From Candidatus Lloydbacteria bacterium (GTDB lineage: Bacteria; Patescibacteriota; Minisyncoccia; Phycocordibacterales; UBA6899), in the NCBI GenBank assembly GCA_043719805.1, contig JAYSTI010000001.1, positions 151,770 through 215,769 of the forward strand: 64,000 bases of DNA, written 5' to 3'. Positions 8,294 through 17,480 of the stretch are shown here, piece after piece; positions within the stretch are counted from its first letter, which is position 1, and each line of letters begins with the position of its first letter. Position numbers and translations under genes: made by a program. Below the pieces are notes generated by a model. The model did no database searches. It saw only the letters and a list, made by a program, of their open reading frames with translations, and was not told the origin of the DNA.

Positions 8294-10008
8294 TATTGAC
8301 CGTTGTCTGGAATCGTATACTCATGCGCACTTCCCGCAGAATCACGAAAGACGGGTTGAACGAGGAGAGAATGAGCAACGGTTCCCGTCGCTACGATTAT
8401 CTCGTCTGAGAAAGGGAGCACGGTGTTTTGGTCGTTGGTCACCGAGACGGCAGCCTCGTGCGACGCGGAAGTGAGATTCGGGGTGAGTGCAGCACCGACG
8501 CCAGCGATGTAGGATACGGAATTTGTGACAAAAGAGGTGTTTCCAAGTGAACCAACGACGGCGAGCGCTCCGGTGCCGGCAAAAACAAGTGCAAAGGCGA
8601 GATTGAAGCCGACACTCTTTGCAAGCGGATACTTTTCGCGAAGTACAAGCTGATGTTCTTCGATTGTTATCGGCAACAACGAAGAAGCTTGTACCATGTC
8701 CTGCTGCATTACTCTCATCGACGGAACACTTCGCGTATCAGGCACGAGGGCCTCCGGTGCCACCACGGGCAACGCACCGATAGAAGCCACCGATACTCGT
8801 GGCGCATGCGGCACGACGAGAAACGGACGCTTAGGAAAAATAGTCGTCGAATGAGTTTCCGCATCTTCTGGTGCAACTTTTCCGGCAAATTTTTCCGGCA
8901 AAAAAACAACGACACGCCTATCTTCACCAAGCTCAGGAATGCCGGGGTGATGAATAGCGCTCGCCACGTCCGAAGAGGAGATGCCTGCGGTGGTATTCAC
9001 TACTCCACCCAAAACGGGAAAAAGTGGGAGATCCTCGTGGTGCGCACTTACATCGACGGATGTTTTAATCGGGTGGTAAGGCGACGCAAATGGTGTCGCA
9101 ACGACCAAGGGCTGCTCCTCACTTTTTACAGTAGAGACAGGTGCAGCGGGAAGCGTGTGACCGTCAAGAAGCATCGCGTCCCACTCATCATTTTTTGCTT
9201 CAACATGCACGGTCGTCACGTGTGGACGCGTAACACCAAGATGCACTACCGGGGAATGTAAATCGATTCCCACTTTGTCCGCCCCCGCCTTTAGCGACGA
9301 CATATGCACGGGTACGTCTGCACTACTTTTTTCTCTCTGCTCCGAAAAATTATCGGATGTACCCATAATGGGGACATGAGAAGAGGAATGCGGCGGTGCA
9401 GGTGGGGTCACTGCATTTGCCCACATTTTGGCCGCTCGCGCGGAGCTCAATTCGGCTTTTTTTTCTTGGTCCACTTGTGCTGCGGGGGCCGGTGCTACAT
9501 CAGTCGTCTTCTCTGAAACCGATGTCGGATTTGAGACTACGGCATGCCCGACTAAAGAAAATGGCGAGGTCCTCCCTCCTTGTGACACGGACTGATTCAC
9601 ACCCATAAAACTCGGGACAGGCTGAGTGATTCCTTCGGCTACTTTTTCTGAAAGAAGCATCTCCGCCTCGGCTGCGGCCGTTTCCTTTGTGCTTCGTTCG
9701 TTCTTCCTTTGCAGCAAAGACTCTGTGGGCACAGTGGGCTCTGATTGTGGTTCTAAAAGATTTTTTTCAACAAAATTGATATCCTCATAGGAAAGAAGAA
9801 TTGCATGAGTCTCAGCCAAAAGGGACGAAAGCTCGACGACAAATTCCCCGTGGTTCCAAAGTCGGTATTCCAACTTATTGAGACGACAAAGCCTCTCCAA
9901 ATATTCCTTGGTGTAGCCGGATATTTTTGCCCCAGTCTCAAGCGCGACGTATCGCTTCTCCTTCGCTTCATCAGAAAGCTGGGACAGAGTTTTGTTGCCG
10001 ACATCCAT
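8293..10008 (-). CDS. membrane-anchored protein: N-terminal HTH-like domain, long disordered S/P/A/V-rich linker, single C-proximal TM, short extracytoplasmic tail
   Basis: LSQLSDEAKEKRYVALETGAKISGYTKEYLERLCRLNKLEY (HTH-like) and TM LAFALVFAGTGALAVVGSLG. 57 bp downstream of gatB on the same strand. Confidence 0.6.
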   Translation of the reverse strand: MDVGNKTLSQLSDEAKEKRYVALETGAKISGYTKEYLERLCRLNKLEYRLWNHGEFVVELSSLLAETHAILLSYEDINFVEKNLLEPQSEPTVPTESLLQRKNERSTKETAAAEAEMLLSEKVAEGITQPVPSFMGVNQSVSQGGRTSPFSLVGHAVVSNPTSVSEKTTDVAPAPAAQVDQEKKAELSSARAAKMWANAVTPPAPPHSSSHVPIMGTSDNFSEQREKSSADVPVHMSSLKAGADKVGIDLHSPVVHLGVTRPHVTTVHVEAKNDEWDAMLLDGHTLPAAPVSTVKSEEQPLVVATPFASPYHPIKTSVDVSAHHEDLPLFPVLGGVVNTTAGISSSDVASAIHHPGIPELGEDRRVVVFLPEKFAGKVAPEDAETHSTTIFPKRPFLVVPHAPRVSVASIGALPVVAPEALVPDTRSVPSMRVMQQDMVQASSLLPITIEEHQLVLREKYPLAKSVGFNLAFALVFAGTGALAVVGSLGNTSFVTNSVSYIAGVGAALTPNLTSASHEAAVSVTNDQNTVLPFSDEIIVATGTVAHSLLVQPVFRDSAGSAHEYTIPDNGQ

Positions 10009-10064
10009 GCGAATTAATATAACATAAATTTAATAAATTGCAAATATGCACACCGATCCAGCCA

Positions 10065-11471
10065 TCATCCGATTAATTTCTGAAAAAGTTCTCCCAGCAC
10101 TTTCGGATTTGCAGAGCCCTTTGACGCTTTCATTCCTTGCCCAACGAGATACTGAAGTGAGGCGGTCTTCCCCCCTTTAAATTCCGCGACCACCGCTTCG
10201 TTTGCAAGAATGACGTCTTTCACGATGACTTCGAGCGCTCCCATGTCGCTTTTTTGAATAAGTCCGTGCTTTTCCGCAATGTCACGAGGCAACCCGCCTT
10301 CTTTGTGCATTATGGCGAGCGTATCTTTTGCGCCACGCGAGGACACATCCCCGACATGAACCATGCGCATAAGTATCACGAATGTTTCGGGAGTTATTTT
10401 TCCAAGACCCACATCGCCGGCCTTCATCATCGACGCAAGATCGGAAGTGATGTAATTTGACGCGAGCTTGACGTGCTCCTTATCACCGGAGAGTTTTGTC
10501 GCGACATCCGCAAAGAACGTACCAATGACCGCATCAGTAACAAACATCTCTATTATAGAATCCTGAAAACCAAATTCTTTGGAGAGTCTTTCTCTGCGCT
10601 CCCACGGGAGTTCGGGCATTGTCACTTTCAAATTCTGAAATTCGAGAACTTCGGAAATATTCATTTTCGGAAGGTCAGGCTCTGGAAAATACCGATAATC
10701 ATTGGCACTCTCTTTCTTGCGCTGACTGAACGTTTTCCCCGCATTTTCATCCCATCCCCGCGTTTCTTGTACTATCTTTTCACCGCGACCAAGCACTTCT
10801 GCGTGTCGCTTAATCTCATACGCAATCGCATCGCCAACCGCCTTAAAAGAATTGATATTCTTCACCTCAACTTTTGTGCCAAATGTTTCTGTTTCAGAGA
10901 TGGAGATGTTCGCCTCAACGCGCATCTCCCCTTTTTCCATATTTGCGTCAGATGCACCGAGATAACGCAGAAGGAGTTGCAACTCTTTTGCAAAACGCAT
11001 CGCCGTCTCCGCATCATGAATGACGGGCTCGGTCACCAGCTCCATCAAGGGCACCCCCGCACGATTATAGTCGATGAGTGAGTAGTCGCCCTTGTCGTGG
11101 CGCGAGCTTCCTGTGTCCTCCTCCAGATGCACGCGGGTAATATCGACCCCGGCGAGTTTCCCTCCCAAAATAAGCGGGTAAAGATATTGACTGATCTGAT
11201 ACCCCTTAGGAATATCCGGATAAAAATAATTCTTGCGGTCCCATTCGGTAAAATCGGCGAGCTTTGAGCCCACTGCAGTGCCGACGCGAAGAACCTGAAG
11301 TACGGCCTTTTTGTTGATGACAGGAAGTGAGCCCGGCTGTGCGGTGCACACGGGACAAATGTTCCAGTTCGGTCGCTCCTCATCGGGGTCGTTTTTGCAG
11401 CGACAAAACATCTTGGTGTTCGTCTTTAGCTCCGCATGTATCTCAAGCCCAATTGTTGTTTTATATGCCAT
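10065..11471 (-). CDS. gatB: Asp-tRNA(Asn)/Glu-tRNA(Gln) amidotransferase subunit B
   Basis: MAYKTTIGLEIHAELKTNTKMFC..CPVCTAQPGSLPV is the canonical GatB N-terminus. The ORF-track start was trimmed to the MAYKTT methionine. Confidence 0.95.
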   Translation of the reverse strand: MAYKTTIGLEIHAELKTNTKMFCRCKNDPDEERPNWNICPVCTAQPGSLPVINKKAVLQVLRVGTAVGSKLADFTEWDRKNYFYPDIPKGYQISQYLYPLILGGKLAGVDITRVHLEEDTGSSRHDKGDYSLIDYNRAGVPLMELVTEPVIHDAETAMRFAKELQLLLRYLGASDANMEKGEMRVEANISISETETFGTKVEVKNINSFKAVGDAIAYEIKRHAEVLGRGEKIVQETRGWDENAGKTFSQRKKESANDYRYFPEPDLPKMNISEVLEFQNLKVTMPELPWERRERLSKEFGFQDSIIEMFVTDAVIGTFFADVATKLSGDKEHVKLASNYITSDLASMMKAGDVGLGKITPETFVILMRMVHVGDVSSRGAKDTLAIMHKEGGLPRDIAEKHGLIQKSDMGALEVIVKDVILANEAVVAEFKGGKTASLQYLVGQGMKASKGSANPKVLGELFQKLIG

Positions 11472-11485
11472 AGATTGTATAACTT

Positions 11486-11618
11486 TCACAAACGGCGAAC
11501 TTCTTTGTTGTGGAGCCTCTCTCACTCAATCAACATATAGGAATATGTCCTCTTCGTTCGCTTCTCCACGCCGCGAATTTCATCTGTTTCTGAACATTCT
11601 GCCGTGGCTAGCATTTTA
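11486..11618 (-). repeat. Family-2 structured leader element, copy A (~135 nt), immediately 5' of the gatB start codon
   Basis: ~70-75% identical to 16145-16285. Ends 12-18 nt before the ATG. Conserved hairpins carry compensatory changes (see findings). The spurious ORF 11522..11944 translates it (..ETDEIRGVEK..KRTYSY..). Confidence 0.65.
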
Positions 11619-11705
11619 GCACATTTGCACACCGGTTGACGTGTTGACAAAGTAACAATTTCTTGTAGTTTGTACGAAGAATCGCTCGGAACACATGGAG
11701 TAAGA

Positions 11706-12173
11706 ATGTCTGATAATCTGAAAATAAGGCTCATGCCACTGCTTGAGCAGGCACATAAGCTGAAGGATGCGGAGGTAACCCTTGAGATATTCGCTGATAA
11801 CGACCCGATGGTTCTCGAGTGGAAGAAGAACTTCGGCGTAGCACTTTCAGCAATAAGCGATGCGCTTCGCGAAGAATTTTTCACCGCAGTCACTTTCAAT
11901 CTTTCTCCATGGTGGCAGAATGTGGTTAGTAGTGGAGGCATCAAGCTTGACTACGACTATTTCGAAGACCCACTCCGTGGTCGTCACCACCACTTCGGCC
12001 TCCACTTTTCGGATTTCGTGAGGAAAAAAAGCAAAACTCCTTTGTATCAATTCGAATTGAGGCGTGTACTTCGAACCATTGCCCTCAACTTGAATGCAAT
12101 CCTAATCGAGCAAGGCGTCCCACTCTTTGTTTTCGTGGAAAAATTGACGCCGGCAGAAACGCGGATGACCTAA
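11706..12173 (+). CDS. hypothetical protein (156 aa)
   Basis: Clean ORF from MSDNLKIRL. Divergent from gatB and followed by a terminator. No recognisable motif. Confidence 0.55.
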   Translation: MSDNLKIRLMPLLEQAHKLKDAEVTLEIFADNDPMVLEWKKNFGVALSAISDALREEFFTAVTFNLSPWWQNVVSSGGIKLDYDYFEDPLRGRHHHFGLHFSDFVRKKSKTPLYQFELRRVLRTIALNLNAILIEQGVPLFVFVEKLTPAETRMT

Positions 12174-12179
12174 GCTTCC

Positions 12180-12207
12180 CAGCCCCACATCGGGGCTTTT
12201 TTATTTT
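12180..12207 (+). terminator. rho-independent terminator (AGCCCC-acat-GGGGCT + U-run)
   Basis: CCCAGCCCCACATCGGGGCTTTTTTATTTT directly after the stop at 12173. Confidence 0.55.
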
Positions 12208-12698
12208 AAGCCACCCAGGACGCACACTGCATGCCCTTCAGGTCTCACGTCACGGTAGACAGTCTCTATTTCTCCATCAGCATCAATGACAAATGTTGAG
12301 CGGTTGATGCCCATGTATTTTTTTCCATACATACTTTTCTCAACCCATACCCCAAATTTTTCTGCAACCTCATGTCCATCATCCGAAAGCAGTGGGAATG
12401 TGATGCTCTCATTTTTGATAAACTTCAAGTGGCTTTCGATCGAGTCGGGGCTAACTCCAAATAGTTTGACACCGGTTTTTTCAAATTTTTCTGTGACTAC
12501 AGAGAACTCATGCGCCTCCGTGGTACAGCCGGGAGTCTGATCCTTAGGATAAAAATAAAGCACGTAGCGAGTACCCAAGAGGCTCGCCGATGAAACTATG
12601 TCTCCAGAGCTCGATGGAAGTGTAAACTCCGGAACCGCTTGTCCGATAAGTAGTGCGACGACTTGTGGCGACATTGCGAGACTGATATCTTCTTGCAT
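12201..12698 (-). CDS. bcp: thiol peroxidase Bcp (peroxiredoxin, AhpC/TSA family)
   Basis: GQAVPEFTLPSSSGDIVS..RYVLYFYPKDQTPGCTTEA is the peroxiredoxin active site. Start trimmed to the MQEDIS/MSPQ region. Confidence 0.85.
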   Translation of the reverse strand: MQEDISLAMSPQVVALLIGQAVPEFTLPSSSGDIVSSASLLGTRYVLYFYPKDQTPGCTTEAHEFSVVTEKFEKTGVKLFGVSPDSIESHLKFIKNESITFPLLSDDGHEVAEKFGVWVEKSMYGKKYMGINRSTFVIDADGEIETVYRDVRPEGHAVCVLGGLK

Positions 12699-12805
12699 AT
12701 TAGCTACTTTATTATTTATAGATCGATAATAACATAATTTTCCGCGCAATTGACATGCACCTCTTTGTGGGTAGAATTCGTGTAGACACAATTCATGGAG
12801 ACATC

Positions 12806-13015
12806 ATGGACGCAGCACTTTTCGCTCAACTTGGCCCTTATGGTGGCATTTTGGCATTGGTACTTACCTTAGCCGTAAAATGGGTTTCGGGAAACAAGAG
12901 TGTAAGAAGACTGAAGAGACTCGAGCAACTTGTCGGCGGCTCTGGTAGTTCAGAGGAAAAACTAACTCAAGTCAAGCTGCGCTTTTTGGTCTGGGGGGAA
13001 GAAGACGGCAAGTAG
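12806..13015 (+). CDS. putative small membrane protein (69 aa, one TM)
   Basis: GGAGA 4 nt upstream of the ATG. TM GGILALVLTLAVKWV. Own terminator downstream. Lies between the convergent/divergent bcp and obg genes. Confidence 0.3.
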   Translation: MDAALFAQLGPYGGILALVLTLAVKWVSGNKSVRRLKRLEQLVGGSGSSEEKLTQVKLRFLVWGEEDGK

Positions 13016-13026
13016 TGGTCAGCACA

Positions 13027-13058
13027 AAGCAGACAAAATGATTCGTCTGTTTTTTTGT
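13027..13058 (+). terminator. rho-independent terminator (GCAGAC-aaaatgattc-GTCTGT + U7)
   Basis: AGCAGACAAAATGATTCGTCTGTTTTTTTGTTTTT. Confidence 0.5.
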
Positions 13059-13153
13059 TTTTAGATCACCCCTTGGCTTGTTTTTTTGAAACATCTGCAC
13101 AAATGCGTAGGCCGTTTGTTGAACAACGGCAAATATGGCGCTCGAGGGAACGC

Positions 13154-14209
13154 TTATTTTATTTTTTTAGATTTTTTTGGAGCTGCAATAATCTTTGGAG
13201 CCTCCACTCTCACGGGTTTTTCTTCTTCAACCTTCTTTTCTTTATCGCGAAGCATTTTCACAAATGCGTCAGCAAAAACTTTTATAGAGGCGTCGTCATA
13301 GATAGACATGAGGTAAACGGGTTTTTTGAGTTTTACCAATTTCTTGACCGCTGCTTTTTGAACCTCCTCGCTCACCATGTCGGTCTTCGTGAGGATAATT
13401 ATCTCGTCCTTCTCACCCAATTCTTTACTATAAGTTTCGAGCTCATTGCGAATCGTTTTGTATGCAGCAAGAACATCTTCATTCTCGAGAGAAACAAGAT
13501 GTGCAATCATTTTGGTGCGGTTGATATGGCGAAGGAATTTATATCCAAGCCCCTTCCCCTCTGACGCGCCCTCGATAAGTCCGGGGATGTCGGCGAGTAT
13601 GAATCCGTGAAATGCACCGAGGCTCGGCTCGAGTGTGGTGAACTCGTATGCACCCACCTTCACGTCGGCATTTGTAAGTACGTTTAAAAGCGAAGACTTC
13701 CCGGCGTTCGGGAACCCCGCAAATCCCACATCAACGAGGAGCTGGAGTTCGATATGATAATCTGCTTCCTCGCAAGGGTACCCCGGGCTCGTTCGGGTCG
13801 GCGCCTGTACAATAGAGCTTTTGTAATGCTCGTTTCCGAATCCTCCGTCTCCACCCTTGAGGAGCAGCAGCGGCTTGTCCTCGGAGAGAACGTGAACCAC
13901 CTTGCCGGTCGTAAGGTTCGTGAGTATTGAGCCGAGTGGGAATTTGAGTGTGAGGTCGTCGCCATTCCTGCCGTGCAAACTATCCTTTTTCCCCGCCTCT
14001 CCGTCTTCAGCGCTGAATTCTGTTTCGTGTCGATATTTGAAGAGAAGCCCCAAGTCGCGGGAGCCGATAACATAGACGGAGCCTCCACGCCCGCCGTCGC
14101 CACCTGATGGACCGGCAAATTCCTTCCCCTTTTCGTGACGAAAACGCTCGACGCCGGGGCCGCCCTTTCCTGCTCTGATGTGTACGTTTAGTTCATCGAC
14201 AAAAGCCAT
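13154..14209 (-). CDS. obg: GTPase Obg/CgtA
   Basis: MAFVDELNVHIRAGKGGPGVERFRHEKGKEFAGPSGGDGGRGGSVY (Obg fold) and GFPNAGKSSLLN G1 motif. Lys-rich C-terminal tail. Confidence 0.9.
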   Translation of the reverse strand: MAFVDELNVHIRAGKGGPGVERFRHEKGKEFAGPSGGDGGRGGSVYVIGSRDLGLLFKYRHETEFSAEDGEAGKKDSLHGRNGDDLTLKFPLGSILTNLTTGKVVHVLSEDKPLLLLKGGDGGFGNEHYKSSIVQAPTRTSPGYPCEEADYHIELQLLVDVGFAGFPNAGKSSLLNVLTNADVKVGAYEFTTLEPSLGAFHGFILADIPGLIEGASEGKGLGYKFLRHINRTKMIAHLVSLENEDVLAAYKTIRNELETYSKELGEKDEIIILTKTDMVSEEVQKAAVKKLVKLKKPVYLMSIYDDASIKVFADAFVKMLRDKEKKVEEEKPVRVEAPKIIAAPKKSKKIK

Positions 14210-14220
14210 GCTGTGTGATG

Positions 14221-15120
14221 CTACGCGAGAAGTGCAAGTTTCGCAAGGGCAAGCGCGCCTTCCCTCGTTTCCGTAACGGCAATGAATCCGCCGTTGTGGC
14301 AAAAGACTGAACCCTCGACTCCCGTCTTTTCTACGAGGTCTTGATCGCGATATCCCCTCCAACTTTCAGGAAGGGGCTTACGATTCGCAAAACCATGCAC
14401 GTCACTGCGAACGCATTCGACTTCCCAATCGGTACCAACGGACTTGGGCTTAACTACGTATAGCGCATCCTTGGTCTTCGAAAGGAAGCCTTGCCATGGA
14501 TATGCGCGATCGAGGAGGACGATGCGCTTATCTTCCGTATTTTCATATGCCAGCTTCACAAACGCAACACCCTCCTCTTCGTCTCGCGCGGAAATAATTT
14601 CTCTTTCAATAATATGGCGCGCCATTGGGAGCAGCTCCATAAAACGCTCATCAAATAAGGGTTCCTCTTTCCACGTTGGTCGCATCTTTACGAGAACACG
14701 ATGAATGAGGAATGGGTGCACATCGGGCCGAGTTGGGGCATAGACCTCTATGCCATTGTCTGCCAGGTCTATGGATGTCACCACCGCTTCATCGATATGG
14801 TCCCAGACGGACTGAGATTGCGTGAGTTCATTTCCGTGATGTTTCCAAACGAGTCCGAGTGCTGAGTATGGCACTCCATTTGCACGAGCTCCTGCCCCAC
14901 CATGCTGGTGGTGGTCATAACGCCCCGTCTTTGGGTCATAGACATTTCCCACATCAAGCACGTAGTCACCTGACTCCCACACCTTCGGATCGCGCGAGCG
15001 GAGTACTTCGGTATTCTCAACTCCATGGATAAGCTGGAGTACGGCAACAGCAAAAAGATCGTCCACGTGAAATGTACCGCTGTGCGTGACTATCCTAATC
15101 TTTTTTTCCTGAGTATCCAT
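14221..15120 (-). CDS. MYG1/UPF0160-family metal-dependent protein hydrolase
   Basis: IVTHSGTFHVDDLFAVAVL matches the UPF0160 H.G.FH.D[DE] signature. Confidence 0.8.
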   Translation of the reverse strand: MDTQEKKIRIVTHSGTFHVDDLFAVAVLQLIHGVENTEVLRSRDPKVWESGDYVLDVGNVYDPKTGRYDHHQHGGAGARANGVPYSALGLVWKHHGNELTQSQSVWDHIDEAVVTSIDLADNGIEVYAPTRPDVHPFLIHRVLVKMRPTWKEEPLFDERFMELLPMARHIIEREIISARDEEEGVAFVKLAYENTEDKRIVLLDRAYPWQGFLSKTKDALYVVKPKSVGTDWEVECVRSDVHGFANRKPLPESWRGYRDQDLVEKTGVEGSVFCHNGGFIAVTETREGALALAKLALLA

Positions 15121-15146
15121 GTGTTCCGTATGATCTTATAAAAATC

Positions 15147-15536
15147 TTAATCTCTGTCACTTCCCCATTTGCCGTCGCTGCCGAGCACAATACGATTGAG
15201 TACGGTTGAAATGACCGAAACGATGAGTGCACCGAGCACCGCCCACCAGAATGTATCCACCTTGAATCCGTCGACGAATTTTGCCGCTATCCAGAACGTG
15301 AAGCCGTTCACAATAAATGAAAAGAGTCCGAGCGTGAGGAGTGTGATGGGAAATGAAAGTATCTTGAGTATCGGCCGAAGTGTCATGTTCAGTATCCCGA
15401 GGAAAAGCGCGGCCCATAATGCCGTCTGATAATTGGGGACATGTATGCCATGCAGATAGTTACCCACAAGGAATATTGCGAGCGCGTTGATGAGCCATTT
15501 CACAAGCAGTGTAAGCATATAATGAGAGTATAGCAC
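15147..15536 (-). CDS. DUF360/phage-holin-4-like small membrane protein (4 TM)
   Basis: LINALAIFLVGNYLHGIHV...FSFIVNGFTFWIAAKF hydropathy and motif pattern. Confidence 0.65.
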   Translation of the reverse strand: MLYSHYMLTLLVKWLINALAIFLVGNYLHGIHVPNYQTALWAALFLGILNMTLRPILKILSFPITLLTLGLFSFIVNGFTFWIAAKFVDGFKVDTFWWAVLGALIVSVISTVLNRIVLGSDGKWGSDRD

Positions 15537-15566
15537 ATCGGGAGGGGGCGAGGATGCATGCTCCGG

Positions 15567-16136
15567 CTACAACACTCCGAGTTTCTTCAATTCCCAGAAA
15601 CACCTTGCGGTTGCCTTAATGTCGTTTGCAGCGTTGTGCGCCTCGGTAAAATCTGTTCCAAAAAGCTTTTGGTGAAGCTCCGAGAGTTTTGCCCACTTGA
15701 GGCCATATTGCCCTTTCAGTCCGCAAAATTCTTTCGTTCCTTCCATGGTACAAATTTTGTCGATGGTATCGAGCTTGCTGTCTATTTGCGAACGGAGAAA
15801 TTCTGCACCGACGATCTTCTCATCAAAACTCATGTTGTGCGCAACGAGGGTGCTCGCGACGTTCATTGCGTCCTTAAACTTTCCAAGCACGGAAGAAATC
15901 TCCTCCCCTTCGGCAAGTGCGCGTGCGTTGGTGATGCCGTGTATACGCGCCGAATCCTCTGGGATGATAAATCCCTCCGGCTTAACAATAAAATTCCCAG
16001 CGCCGGTCTCTACGCCGCCCTCGTCATATGCAAGCCACGCTATCTGTACCAAACGAGGCCAATTGTCGAGGTCCGTCACTGGAGCCTTCCATGAACGAGG
16101 TAAACCTGTTGTTTCGGTATCAAAAAATAAATACAT
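15567..16136 (-). CDS. DnaQ-like 3'-5' exonuclease (DEDDh, Pol III epsilon-like)
   Basis: MYLFFDTETTGLP (Exo I), ...HNMSFDEKI (Exo II), ...HNAANDIKATARCFWEL (Exo III, H-x4-D). Start trimmed to MYLFF. Confidence 0.85.
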   Translation of the reverse strand: MYLFFDTETTGLPRSWKAPVTDLDNWPRLVQIAWLAYDEGGVETGAGNFIVKPEGFIIPEDSARIHGITNARALAEGEEISSVLGKFKDAMNVASTLVAHNMSFDEKIVGAEFLRSQIDSKLDTIDKICTMEGTKEFCGLKGQYGLKWAKLSELHQKLFGTDFTEAHNAANDIKATARCFWELKKLGVL

Positions 16137-16144
16137 TGTGAGGA

Positions 16145-16285
16145 CGTTCCGCAAACGGCGAGCTTCTTCGTTGCGGAGCCTCTGCGTCTCGGTCACCGTA
16201 TAAGAATACGTCTTCCTCGCCGCTTTCTCCGCGCCTCGAATCTCATCCGTTTCTGTAAGTCTTCTGTAGCATACTGCATTCTCCC
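16145..16285 (-). repeat. Family-2 structured leader element, copy B, immediately 5' of the DnaQ-like exonuclease start codon
   Basis: Homologous to 11486-11618. Ends ~12 nt before the ATG at 16136. The ORF-track N-terminal extension of 15567..16334 translates it (..ETDEIRGAEK..RKTYSY..). Confidence 0.65.
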
Positions 16286-16354
16286 TATTCTGAAAACAAA
16301 GACGGTTGGGCGTGGGGACTATACACACGCGCAAGTCGGCATATAATAAAACGC

Positions 16355-17416
16355 ATGGAAAAAGAAATCGAACGCTTGAGGGAGCTTGTCGGGCACTTTA
16401 CGTTTTGCCCGGACGTAGAATATATCGCCGACACGCAACCGTACGGGAACGGAAGGATTAATGATACATATCTCATCACCGCAGAATCCGGCAAGCAAGC
16501 AATCCTTCAGAGGGTCAACCCCATCTTCGCACCGAGTGTCCTTCACGATATCGACGCAGTCACTCGCCTCCTCTCGGGACGCGGCATCACAACAACAGAA
16601 CTGATTCCCACCAATGAGGGAGCATTGGGCTATGTAAAAAACGGCGAATGTTGGAGGATGCTCACCTATATCGAAGGGCGCACAAAGGAAAGCGGTGTCA
16701 CCGAAGACGAAGCACGTGATGCGATGCGCCTTATCGGACTTTTCCATCGCACATTTGCCGAACATCCATACGAGTTTCAGCACGCGCGGGTCGGTTTTCA
16801 CGACACGCCCTCTATTATGAACGACCTCAAGGAGACAGTGCTTGAATTCGCCGGAAGCAAAAATGACCATTCACTGCTCCCGATTGCCGGGGTTATACTC
16901 GAACGATTCCACAAACGACCGCTTGCGTGGGAAGACCTTCCGAAGCGCATCATTCATGGAGACTTGAAGCTGAGCAATGTCCGCTTCGCAAGCCATGAGC
17001 CGCGCGCAGTGGCCCTTATCGACCTCGATACGATTGGGCGCCACAATGTTGCCCTCGACGTCGCCGATGCAGCAAGAAGCTGGGCAAATAAAAGCAGCGA
17101 AGGCAATACACGGCAGGCAAACTTCGATCTGGATATTTTTAGCGCGATGATAGACGGCTATCGTACGCACACGGATTTTTTGGCCGAAAAAGAGTGGGTG
17201 GCCATACCTGGGGCTACGGCACAAATCGCCCTCGAGCTTGCAGCGCGATTCGTCACCGACGCGTATCGTGAATCATATTTCAAACTTGACCGCTCGCATT
17301 ATCCTGACCTCTTCACGCAAAACAGCACAAAGGCAAGTGCGCAATTCGCTCTCTTTGAGGACATCGAATCAAAACGCGAAGAAATGGACGATATCATAAA
17401 CAACCGAGGACGATAA
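16355..17416 (+). CDS. phosphotransferase-family protein (APH/choline-kinase-like kinase fold)
   Basis: IIHGDLKLSNVRF (catalytic HGD..N) and IDLDTIGRHNVALDVA (DxD Mg site). Confidence 0.7.
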   Translation: MEKEIERLRELVGHFTFCPDVEYIADTQPYGNGRINDTYLITAESGKQAILQRVNPIFAPSVLHDIDAVTRLLSGRGITTTELIPTNEGALGYVKNGECWRMLTYIEGRTKESGVTEDEARDAMRLIGLFHRTFAEHPYEFQHARVGFHDTPSIMNDLKETVLEFAGSKNDHSLLPIAGVILERFHKRPLAWEDLPKRIIHGDLKLSNVRFASHEPRAVALIDLDTIGRHNVALDVADAARSWANKSSEGNTRQANFDLDIFSAMIDGYRTHTDFLAEKEWVAIPGATAQIALELAARFVTDAYRESYFKLDRSHYPDLFTQNSTKASAQFALFEDIESKREEMDDIINNRGR

Positions 17417-17438
17417 AAATATCGTATTCGATATTTTA
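17414..17438. terminator. bidirectional terminator between convergent genes (AAATATCG-tatt-CGATATTT flanked by A-run and T-run)
   Basis: Perfect 8-bp stem TAAAAATATCGTATTCGATATTTTAAG. Confidence 0.45.
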
Positions 17439-17480
17439 AGCGTATTTTCAAAATTTTTTATCAAGGCTTAAACCTTAATG

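Noticed and set aside
11522-11944. 140-aa minus ORF and the N-terminal extensions of gatB (to 11525) and the exonuclease (to 16334) containing ..ETDEIRG.EK..R/KTYSY
   Set aside because: These frames run through the Family-2 leader element. The conserved segment is shared at nucleotide level by unrelated genes. The true starts are the canonical MAYKTT and MYLFFDTE methionines.
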